Below are positions 37,101 through 49,474 of a DNA stretch of 64,000 nt, piece after piece; within the stretch, counting starts at the first letter, position 1; each line of letters starts with the position of its first letter. Source of the stretch: Balanoglossus misakiensis. Its lineage: Eukaryota > Animalia > Hemichordata. Made by a program: the position numbers and the translations under genes. The DNA lies in NCBI GenBank assembly GCA_040954595.2, contig CM082584.2, positions 2,201,344 through 2,265,343 of the forward strand. Direction: 5' to 3'. The notes beneath the pieces were generated by a model. It worked only from the letters and a program-made list of their open reading frames with translations, was not told where the DNA came from and ran no database searches.

Positions 37101-40100
37101 CTAGTGCAGTACCCTTGTGAATGTTAAATTAGTCACGTGACCTGATGACCATATATGGGCAAAATTTCCAAATCGGCCTTATTTGCATATGAATGGAGAT
37201 ATCAAAATTCTTTTAGCAACTTTTGCGGACCATGTGGTCAGTGTCCTACTTGCCAAATGTCAAGGCCATTGGCCATGCCAATTTTGAGAAGAAGATTTTT
37301 AAGTATTATTTTTCATATTTTTTTACCAAGCCATGGGCCTATACTTTCCATAGTAAAGCTATGACCACATATTATTTTGGATAAATATGCATACATATCT
37401 CAAAATCTGTTAGGCCAATCATCTCCAACTTTGGTGTGCAGCTAGACTAGCATTTGTCAATAATTTTAAGCGAAAAAAAATAATATGAAAAATCGACGGA
37501 TTTTTTTATATTAATTTTTTTAATAAATTTATACCTTTACTTATACCTCTATGTCCATGTCTTATTGTGGAATTCTGGTCTGTGCAATAGTCCTGTACAG
37601 TGACTGTCTATTGGTCAGTGAGCACAATGGCACCAAAATAAAAGGCACAATTTTAGGCTCACCTGTAACACCTGCTTAACTCATTAATTATGTGCATACC
37701 TAATTCTGGGCTAACTAATAGGGCCAGAGGTTTTGTTGTTGTTGGATATGGGCCAGTATAGGGTTAAACATTCCTGCCAAAATTTGGGGTGACCTCAGGT
37801 GACCTTTGACCTACTTTCCTATATCTTGGCATCCAGAGCAGGTACAGACTTGGCGTTTGGAGGGTTGGGACTAAAATTGAAAAGCCAAAATTGCAGGTCA
37901 CCTGTGACACCTGCTTAACTCATTAATTATGTGCATACCTAATTCCAGGCTAACCAATAGGGCTAGAGGTTAGATTTTTGTTGAACATGGACAAGTATGG
38001 GGTCAAAATTTCTTGCCCAAATTTTGGGTGACCTCAGGTGACCTTTGACCTACTTTACCATATCTTGGCATCCAGAGCAGGTACAGACTTGGCGTTTGGA
38101 GGGTTGGGACTAAAATTGAAAAGGCAAAATTGGGGGTCACCTGTGACACCTGCCTACCTCATTAATTATGTGCATACCTAATTCCAGGCTAACCAATAGG
38201 GTTATAGGTTTGGTTGTTGTTGATCATGGACCAGTATAGGGTCAAAATTTCTTGCCCAAATTTTGCATGAACTCAGGTGACCTTTGACCTACTTTACCAT
38301 ATCTTGGCATCCAGAGCAGATATGCTTATTGCTATGTTGCTATGTGCTATGTTGGCTTGGGCCCGCTATTGCTGCTTGCAGCTATATTTATTATTATTCT
38401 TCTTCTTCTTCTTCTTCCGAGAAATTCGGCCAGGTAGATCTGGAAAACCGCAGCACCTAGGGGCCTGAAACTTGGTAGGGTGATAGGGGCCAATGAGGAG
38501 ACGTGCAGTGGCTCGTGAATATTTAATTAGTCACGTGACCTGGCGGCCATATTGGATTTTCTGAAAACCATTAAATGACTCCTTCTCAAAAACTACTGGG
38601 CCAATCGAGTTCAAATTTGGTGTGCAGGTAGCCTACCTTCTGTCCATCATTTTACCCCATTAAAATCATGACGTCATACATACAGTTTTTTTGCTACAAT
38701 TTTTTTTCTGAAAAACTACTTAAAACTTAAAAAATCTTCTTCTCCAGAACCAGCGGTTACCGAGTCTCGGGATTTGGGATATGTGGTCACCTAACCTATG
38801 TCTATCAAGTTTGCCAAGCGCACTGTGATTGGTCGATTATTATGGCGGCCATGTTGGATTTTCGGAAAACCATTGAAAAATGAAAATTCTGTTTTGTAGC
38901 CAAAATGTTGACAGCACGTAAATTCTTTTTTTGGATATGAGTCATCATATGACCGGAAGTTGTTACAATTTTTCGGGGCCATTTTGACATGACCTTTGAC
39001 CCAGTTTTAAAACAACTAATTATATATGCATATTCCCCATACCTCCTCTTGTAAAAGCACCACAGTCATGAATTTTGTGGACATGGGTACCAATGCTGCC
39101 AGGACATGACACAACTATTTTGGTAATTTTGGCAATGACCCTTGACCTATTTCTGAAACATCATTTTTCTGCATATCTAATTCCAGGCTAACCAATAGGG
39201 CTAGAGGTCTGGTTTTAGTTGGACATGGCCCACTCTGGGGTCAAAATTTTATGCCCAAATTTTGGGTGACCTTGGATGACCTTTGATCTAATTTCCCATA
39301 TCTCAGCATCCACAGCAGTTAGAGTCCTGGCTTTTGGAGGGCCGATGGAGCAGATATGGAGTCTTACACAAGACCTCATTAATTATGCACATACCTAATT
39401 CTAGGCGAACCAATAGAGCTAGGTGTTTGGTTTTTGTTGGACCTAGACTAGTATGGGGTCCGATTTTTTTGCCCAAATTTGGGGTGACCTCAGGTGACTT
39501 TGACCTACTTTCCAATATCTTGGTATCCACAGCAGATACAGCCTTGGCATTTGCTTGTTACCATGGGAACCGCTTGTGCCCCGCCAACGCTGCTTGCAGC
39601 TTTAATTGGGGGCACAAGCGCCCTCAGGCGGCTTGTGCCCCCATTGTTATTGTTGGAATATTTAGGGCCCAAGCGCAAGCAAGCGCTTGGGCCCTATTGG
39701 TTTCGTTGGGGTTTTTACGGGCCCAAGCCAAGCCAGGCTTGGGCCCGTATTGGTTTCGCTGGGGTTTTTCTGTCTTTCTTTCTTTCTTTATTCTTGGTTC
39801 CATTCTTTATCGCTCTAGATCTCAGACACCGCTGCAGGTACAGTTCTCAAATTATCTACAGTGGTCAAGGTCAATGAGTAGATGTGCAGTGACTTGTGAA
39901 TACTTAATTAGTCACGTGACATGGCGGCCATCTTGGATTTTCTGAAAAAATGCAAATCTCAGATCTCAGAAACTACAAGTCAGATCGACTTCAAATTTGG
40001 CATGCTGGTAGACTACCTTCTGCCCATCATTTTTGTAATTGGAAATTATGCTGACAAAGTTGCAGTTTTTTTGCTACAGTTGTTTTTCTGAAATCTGGCC

Positions 40101-43100
40101 TAAATTTCAAAAATCTTCTTCTCCAGAACCAGTGATAACCGAGACACGGGGTTTGGGTTATGTGGTCACCTAACTGATGTCTATCAAGTTTGCGAAGATC
40201 ATTGTGATTGGTCCAAGATTATGGCGGCCATATTGGATTTTCGAAAAACCCTAGTAAAATTTGAAAAATCTTCTACTCAAGAACCGGCGATAACCGAGTC
40301 ACAAGATTTGGTGTGTGTGTTCATTAAACAGATGTCTATCAAGTTTGCAAAGAGGAATGTGATTGGTCGAAGATTATGGCGGCCATATTGGATTTTGTGA
40401 AAAACGATTAAAAAGTAAAAATGCCCTTTCTAGCCTAAAAATTGATAGCACAGAAATTCTTTTTATGGATATGAATCATCATATGACAAGAATAAGCTAT
40501 AAATATTTTGGTAATTTTGGCAATGACCTTTGACCTACTTTTGATGCATCATTTTTCTGCATATCTAATTCCAGGCTAACCAATAGGGCTATAAGTTTGG
40601 TTTTTGATGTATGTGGATTTGTATGTGATCAAAACATTTTGCTACTTTTCATGACCCCTTTGACCTCTGGTGACCTCATTAAATATGCGCATACCTAATT
40701 AATGATGAACCAATAGACCTAGAGGTTTTGTTTTTGTTATACATAGACCAGTATGGGGTCAAAATATTTTGCCCAAATGTTGGGTGACCTCGGGTGACCT
40801 TTGACCTACTTAACACTATATTAGCATCAGATCAGATAATAGAGCTTGGGCCCGGACAATGCTGCTTGCAGCTTTAATTCTGTCTTTCCTTCTTTCTTCT
40901 TTCTTTCTTTATTCTTGTGTCAATTCTTTGTCGCTCTAGATCTCAGACACCGCTGCAGGTACACTTCTGAAACTTGCTACAGTGGTCAAGGTCAATGAGT
41001 AGTCGTGCATTGAACCTGTGAATTTTTAATTAGTCACGTGACCTGGCGGCCATCTTGGATTTTCTGAAAAAATGCAAATCTCAGATCTCAGAAACTACAA
41101 GTCAGATCAACTTCAAAATTGGCATGCTGGTAGACTACCTTCTGCCCATCATTTTTGTAATTGGAAATTATGCTGACAATGTTGCAGTTTTTTTGCTACA
41201 ATTTTATTTCTGAAATCTGGCTTAAATTTCAAAAATCTTCTTCTCCAGAACCAGTGATAACCGAGACACGGGGTTTGAAGTATGTGGTCACCTAACTGAT
41301 GTCTATCAAGTTTGCGAAGATCATTGTGATTGGTCGAAGATTATGGCGGCCATATTGGATTTTCGAAAAACCATAGTAAAACTTCAAAAATCTTCTTCTC
41401 AAGAACTGGCGATAATTGAGTCACAAGATTTGGGCAGTATGGTCACTATGCTGATGTCTATCAAGTTTGCAAAGAGCATTGTGATTGGTCGAAGATTATG
41501 GCGGCCATATTGGATTTTGCGAAAAACGATTAAAAAGTAAAAATTCCCTTTCTAGCCTAAAAATTGATAGCACAGAAATTCTTTTTATGGATATGAATCA
41601 TCATATGACTACAATGTGCTTTAAATATTTTGGTAATTTTGGCAATGACCTTTGACCTACTTTTGACGCATCATTTTTCTGCATATCTTATTCCAGGCTA
41701 ACCAATAAGGCTATAAGTTTGGTTTTTGATGTATGTGGATTAGTGTGTGATCAAAATATTTTGCTACTTTTCACGACCCCTTTGACCCCTGCTGACCTCA
41801 TTAATTATGTGCATAGCTAATTACAGGCGAACCAATAGACCTAGAGGTTTTGTTTTTGTTGGACAGGACCAGTATGGGGTCAAATGTTTTTACCCAAATG
41901 TTGGGTGACCTCGGGTGACCTTTGACCTACTTTTGCATATCTTGACATCCATAGCAGATACAGCGTTGGCGTTTGGAGGTATGGGGCCATAATGAAAAGC
42001 CAAAGTTTTGGGTCACCTCTGACACCTGCTTAACTCATTATTTATGTGCTTACCTAATTTCGGGCTAACCAAAAGGGCTAGAGATCTGGTTTTTGTTGGA
42101 CATGGACCACTATGGGTCAAAATTTTCTGCCCAAATTGTGGGTGACCTCTGGGTGACCTTTGACCTACTTAACACTATATCAACACCAAACATAGATATA
42201 ACCTTGATATTTCATGGGATAAAACACAGCATTATGTTCCTACTCATTAATTATGTGCATATCTGATAATCAGATCAGATAATAGAGCTTGGGCCCGGAC
42301 AATGCTGCTTGCAGCTTTAATTCTTTCTTTCTTTCTTTCTTTCTTTCTTTTTTCTTGTGTCAATTCTTCGGCCAACTAAATCTCTGAAACTACTGCAGGT
42401 ACACTGCTCAAACTTGCTACAGTGGTCAAGGTCTATGAGTAGATGTGCAGTGACTTGTGAATACTTAATTAGTCATGTGACCTGGCGGCCATATTGGATT
42501 TTCTGAAAAAAATCAAATCTCAGATCTCAGAAACTACAAGTCAGATCAACTTCAAATTTGGCATGCAGGTAGACTACCGTCTACCCATCATTTTTGTAAT
42601 TGGAAATTTTGCTGTCAATGTTGCAGTTTTTTTGCTACAATTTTTTTTCTGAAATCTGGCTTAAATTTCAAAAATCTTCTTCTCCAGAACCGGTGATAAA
42701 CAAGACACGGGGTTTGGGGTATGTGGTCACCTAACTGATGTCTATCAAGTTTGCGAAGATCATTGTGATTGGTCGAAGATTATGGCGGCCATATTGGATT
42801 TTAGAAAAACCATTGTTAAACTCCAAAAATCTTCCTCTCCAGAACGGGCGATGACTGAGTCGCAAGATTCGGGGAGTATGGTCACTACACTGATGTCTAT
42901 CAAGTTTGCAAGGAGCATTGTGATTGGTCGAAGATTATGGCGGCCATATTGGATTTTGTAAAAAGCAGTCAAAAAATTGAAATTCCTTTTTCTAGTCTAA
43001 AAATTGATAGCATACAAATTCTTTTTATGGATATCAATCGTCATGTGACTAAAATATGTTACAATTTTTTGGCGATTTTTCACATGACCTTTGACCTACT

Positions 43101-46100
43101 TATCACGCGTTATTATTTCTGCATATCTAATTCCAGGCTAACCTATAGGGCTAGACGTTTGGTTTTTGATGAATGTGGATTAGTGTGTGATCAAAATATT
43201 TTGCTACTTTTCATGACCCCTTTGACCTCTGCTGACCTCATTAATTATGTGCATAGCTAATTACAGGCGAACCAATAGAGCTAGAGGTTTGGTTTTTGTT
43301 GGACACAGACCAGTATGGGATCAAAATGTTTTGCCCAAATGTTGCGTGACCTCTGGTGACCTTTGACCTACTTTCGCATATCTCAGCATCCAGAGCAGAT
43401 ACAGCCATGGCATTTGGTAGGATGGGACCAAAATGTAAAGCCACATTTTTGGGTCACCTGTGACACCTGCTGACCTCATTAAATATGCACATACCTAATT
43501 ACAGGCGAACCAATAGAGCTAGAGTTTTGTTTTTTGTTGGACATGGACCAGTATGGGTCAAAATGTTGGGTGACCTCAGGTGACCTTTGACCTACTTCAC
43601 CCTATTTAAGCAGCAAAAATACACACGTCCTTGATATGTCATGAGATAATACATCCGATAGAAAATTCTGTTTCTTCTCATTCATACTGTGCATATATAA
43701 TTCAAGATCAGCGCTTGGGCCCGACAATGCTGCTCGCAGCTTTAATTACGGGCCCAAGCCAAGCCAGGCTTGGGCCCGTATTGGTTTCGTTGGAATTTTT
43801 CTTTCTTTCTTTCTTTATTCTTGTGTCAATTCTTTGACCCACGAGATCTCAGACACCGCTGCAGGTACACTTCTGAAACTTGCTACAGTGGTCAAGGTCA
43901 ATGAGTAGTCGTGCATTGAACCCTTGAATTTTTAATTAGTCACATGACCTGGCGGCCATCTTGGATTTTCTGAAAAAATGCAAATCAAAGATCTCAGAAA
44001 CTACAAGTCAGATCGACTTCAAATTTGGCATGCTGGTAGACTACCTTCTGGCAATCATTTTTGTTATTGGAAATTATACTGACAAAGTTGCAATTTTTTG
44101 CTACAATTTTTTTTCTGAAATCTGGCTTAAATTTCAAAAATCTTCTTCTCCAGAACCGGTGATAACCGAGTCATGCGGTTTGGGGTATGTGGTCACCTAA
44201 CTGATGTCTATCAAGTTTGCGAAGATCATTGTGATTGGTCGAAGATTATGGCGGCCATATTGGATTTTCGAAAAACCATAGTAAAATTTCAAAAATCTTC
44301 TTCTCAAGAACCGGCGATAACTGAGTCACAAGATTTGGTGTGTGTGGTCATTAAACAGATGTCTATCAAGTTTGCGAAGAGGAATGTGATTGGTCGAAGA
44401 TTATGGCGGCCATATTGGATTTTGTGAAAAATGATTAAAAAGTAAAAATTCCCTTTCTAGCCTAAAAATTGATAGCACAGAAATTCTTTTTACGGATATG
44501 AATCATCATATGCCAAGAATAAGCTATAAATATTTTGGTAATTTTGGCAATGACCTTTGACCTACTTTTGACACATGATTTTTCTGCATATCTAATTCCA
44601 GGCTAACCAATAGGGCTATAAGTTTGGTCTTTGATGTATGTGGATTTCTATGTGATCCAAAAATTTTGCTATTTTTCATGACCCCATTGACCTCTGGTGA
44701 CCTCATTAAATATGCACATACCTAATTACAGATGAACCAATAGACCTAGAAGTTTTGTTTTTGTTATACATGGACCAGTATGGGGTCAAAATATTTTGCC
44801 CAAATGATGGGTGACCTCGGGTGACCTTTGACCTACTTTTGCATATCTTGACATCCACAGCAGATACAGCCTTGGCGTTTGGAGGTATGGGGCCATAATG
44901 AAAAGCCAAAGTTTTGGGTCACCTGTGACACCTGCTTTACGCATTATTTATGTGCATACCTAATTCCAGGCTAACAAAAAGGGCTAGAGGTCTGGTTTTT
45001 GTTGGACACGGACCACTATGGGTCAAAATTTTCTGCCCAAATGTTGGGTGACCTCTGGGTGACCTTTGACCTACTTAACACTTTAACAGCACCAAACATA
45101 CATATAACCTTGATATTTCATGGGATAAAACAGCATTATGTTTCTACTCATTAATTATGTGCATATCTAATATCAGATCAGATAATAGAGCTTGGGCCCG
45201 GACAATGCTGCTTGCAGCTTTAATTCTTCTTTATTCTTCTTCTTCTTCTTCCCCAAAATTCGGCCAGGTAGATCTGGAAAACCGCAGCACCTAGGGGGCT
45301 GAAACTTCGTAGGGTGATAGGGGCCAATGAGTAGACGTGCAGTGGCTCGTGAATATTTAATTAGTCACGTGACCTGGCGGCCATATTGGATTTCCTGAAA
45401 ATCGTTAAACGAGTCCTTCTCAAAAACTACTGGGCCGATCGAGTTCAAATTTGGTGTGCAGGTAGCCTACCTTCCGTCCATCATTTTACCCAATTGAAAT
45501 CATGACGTCACACATACCGTTTTTTTGCTACAATTGTTTTTCTGAAAAACTACTTAAAACTTTAAAAATCTTCTTCTCCAGAACCAGCGATTGCCGAGTC
45601 ACGGGATTCGGGGTATGTGGTCACCTAACCTATGTCTATCAATTTTGCGAAGCGCACTGTGATTGGTCGATCTTTATGGCGGCCATGTTGGATTTTCGGA
45701 AAACCATTGAAAAATGAAAATTCTGTTTTGTAGCCAAAATGTTGACAGCACGGAAATTCTTTTTTTGGATATGAGTCATCATATGACCGGAAGTTGTCAC
45801 AATTTTTCGGGGCAATTTTCACATGACCTTTGACCCAGTTTTAAAACAACTAATTATATATGCATATTCCCCATACCTCCTCTTGTCAAAGCACCACAGT
45901 CATGAATTTTGTGGACATGGGTACCAATGCTGCCAGGACATGACACAAATATTTTTGTAATTTTGGCAATGACCCTTGACCTATTTCTGAAACATCATTT
46001 TTCTGCATATCTAATTCCAGGCTAACCAATAGGGCTAGAGGTCTGGTTTTAGTTGGACATGGGCCACTCTGGGGTCAAAATTTGATGCCCTAATTTTGGG

Positions 46101-49100
46101 TGACCTTGGGTGACCTTTGATCTACTTTCCCATATCTCAGCATCCAGAGCAGTTAGAGCCCTGGCTTTTATGGGTATTGAGCACATAATGGAGTCTTACA
46201 CAAGACCTCATTAATTATGTGCATACCTAATTGCAGGTGAACCAATAGGGCTAGGGGTCTGGTTTTTTGTTGGATCTAGACTAGTATGGGGTCCAATTTT
46301 TTTGCCCAAATTTGGTGTGACCTCAGGTGACCTTTGACCTACTTTCCCATATCTTGGTATCTCCAGCAGATACAGCCGTGGCATTTGCTGGTCACCATGG
46401 GAACCGCTTGTGCCCCCCCAACGCTGCTTGCAGCTTTAATTAGGGCCCAAGCGCACGCAAGCGCTTGGGCCCTATTGGTTTCGTTGGGGTTTTTCTTTCT
46501 TTCTTTTTTCTTGTGTCAATTTCTTCGGCCAACGAGATCTCTGAAACTACTGCAGGTACACTTCTCAAACTTGCTACAGTGGTCAAGGTCAATGAGTAGA
46601 TGTGCAGTGACTTGTGAATAATTAATTAGTCACGTGACCTGGCGGCCATATTGGATTTTCTGAAAAAATTCAAATCTCAGATCTCAGAAACTACAAGTCA
46701 GATCGACTTCAAATTTGGCATTCAGGTAGACTACCTTCTACCCATCATTTTTGTCATTGGAAATTTTGCTGTCAGTGTTGCAGTTTTTTTGCTACAATTT
46801 TTTTTCTGAAATCTGGCTTAAATTTCAAAAATCTTCTTCTCCAGAACCAGTGATAACCGAGACACGGGGTTTGGGGTATGTGGTCACCTAACTGATGTCT
46901 ATCAAGTTTGCGAAGATCATTGTGATTGGTCGAAGATTATGGCGGCCATATTGGATTTTCGAAAAACCATAGTTAAACTCCAAAAATCTTCTTCTCCAGA
47001 ACGGGCGATGACTGAGTCGCAAGATTCGGGGAGTATGGTCACTACACTGATGTCTATCAAGTTTGCAAAGAGCATTGTGATTGGTCGAAGATTATGGCGG
47101 CCATATTGGATTTTGTAAAAAGCAGTGAAAAATTGAAATTCCTTTTTCTAGTCTAAAAATTGATAGCATACAAATTCTTTTTATGGATATCAATCGTCAT
47201 GTGACTAAAATATGTTACAATTTTTTGGCGATTTTTCACATGACCTTTGACCTACTTATCACACGTTATTATTTCTGCATATCTAATTCCAGGCTAACCT
47301 ATAGGGCTAGACGTTTGGTTTTTGATGAATGTGGATTAGTGTGTGATCAAAATATTTTGCTACTTTTCATGATCCCTTTGACCTCTGCTGACCTCATTAA
47401 TTATGTGCATAGCTAATTACAGGCGAACCAATAGAGCTAGAGGTTTGGTTTTTGTTGGACATGGACCAGTATGGGATCAAAATTTTTTGCCCAAATTTTG
47501 GGTGACCTTTGACCTACTTTCGCATATCTCAGCATCCAGAGCAGATACAGCCATGGCATTTGGTAGGATGGGACCAAAATGTAAAGCCACATTTTTGGGT
47601 CACCTGTGACACAAGCTGACCTCACTAAATATGCACATACCTATTAGAGGCGAACCAATAGAGCTAGAGTTTTGGTTTTTGTTGGACATGGACCAGTATG
47701 GGTAAAAAAAAATTGCCCAAATGTTGGGTGACCTCAGGTGACCTTTGACCTACTTCACCCTATTTCAGCAGCAAAAATACACACATCCTTGTTATGTCAT
47801 GAGATAATACATCCGATAGAAAATTCTGTTTCTTCTCATTCATACTGTGCATATATAATTCAAGATCAGCGCTTGGGCCCGACAATGCTGCTCGCAGCTT
47901 TAATTAGGGCCCAAGCGCAAGCAAGCGCTTGGGCCCTATTGGTTTCGTTGGAATTTTTTAGGGCCCAAGCGCATACCAGCGCTTGGGCCCTATTGGTTTC
48001 GTTGGGGTTTTTCTTTCTTCTTTCTTTCTTTATTCTTGTGTCAATTCTTTGTCGCTCTAGATCTCAGACACCGCTGCAGGTACACTTCTGAAACTTGCTA
48101 CAGTGGTCAAGGTCAATGAGTAGTCGTGCATTGAACCTGTGAATTTTTAATTAGTCACGTGACCTGGCGGCCATATTGGATTTTCTGAAAAAATGCAAAT
48201 CTCAGATCTCCGAAACTACAAGTCAGATCGACTTCAAATTTGGTGTGCAGGTAGTCTACCTTCTACCCATCATTTTTGTAATTGGATATTTTGCTGTAAA
48301 TGTTGCAGTTTTTTTGCTACAATTTTTTTTCTGAAATCTGGCTTAAATTTCAAAAATCTTCTTCTCCAGAACCGGTGATAACTGAGTCACGCGGTTTGGG
48401 GTATGTGGTCACCTAACTGATGTCTATCAAGTTTGCGAAGATCATTGTCATTGGTCGAAGATTATGGCGGCCATATTGGATTTTCGAAAAACCATAGTAA
48501 AACTTCAAAAATCTTCTTCTCAAGAACGGGCGATAACCGAGTCACAAGATTTGGTGTGTGTGGTCATTAAACAGGTGTCTATCAAGTTTGCGAAGGGGAA
48601 TGTGATTGGTCGAAGATTATGGCGGCCATATTGGATTTTGTGAAAAACGATTAAAAAGTAAAAATTCCTTTTCTAGCCTAAAAATTGATAGCACAGAAAT
48701 TCTTTTTATGGATATGAATCATCATATGACAAGAATAAGCTATAAATATTTTGGTAATTTTGGCAATGACCTTTGACCTACTTTTGACGCATCATTTTTC
48801 TGCATATCTAATTCCAGGCTTACCAATAGGGCTATAAGTTTGGTTTTTGATGTATGTGGATTTGTATGTGATCAAAAAATGTTGCTACTTTTCATTACCC
48901 CTTTGACCTCTGGTGACCTCATTAAATATGCGCATACCTAATTAATGATGAACCAATACACCTAGAGGTTTTGTTTTTGTTATACATGGACCAGTATGGG
49001 GTCAAAATATTTTGCCCAAATGTTGGGTGACCTCGGGTGACCTTTGACCTACTTTTGCATATCTCGACATCCACAGCAGATACAACCTTGGCGTTTGGAG

Positions 49101-49441
49101 GTATGGGGCCATAATGAAAAGCCAAAGTTTTGGGTCACCTTTGACACCTGCTTAACTCATTATTTATGTGCATACCTAATTCCGGGCTAACCAAAAGGGC
49201 TAGAGGTCTGGTTTTTGTTGGACATGGACCACTATGGGTCACAATTTTCTGCCCAAATTGTGGGTGACCTCTGGGTGACCTTTGACCTACTTAACACTAT
49301 ATCAACACCAAGCATAGATATAACCTTGATATTTCATGGGATAAAACACAGCATTATGTTTCTACTCATTAATTATGTGCATATCTAATAATCTGATCAG
49401 ATAATAGAGCTTGGGCCCGGACAATGCTGCTTGCAGCTTTA

Positions 49442-49474
<33 letters not shown>
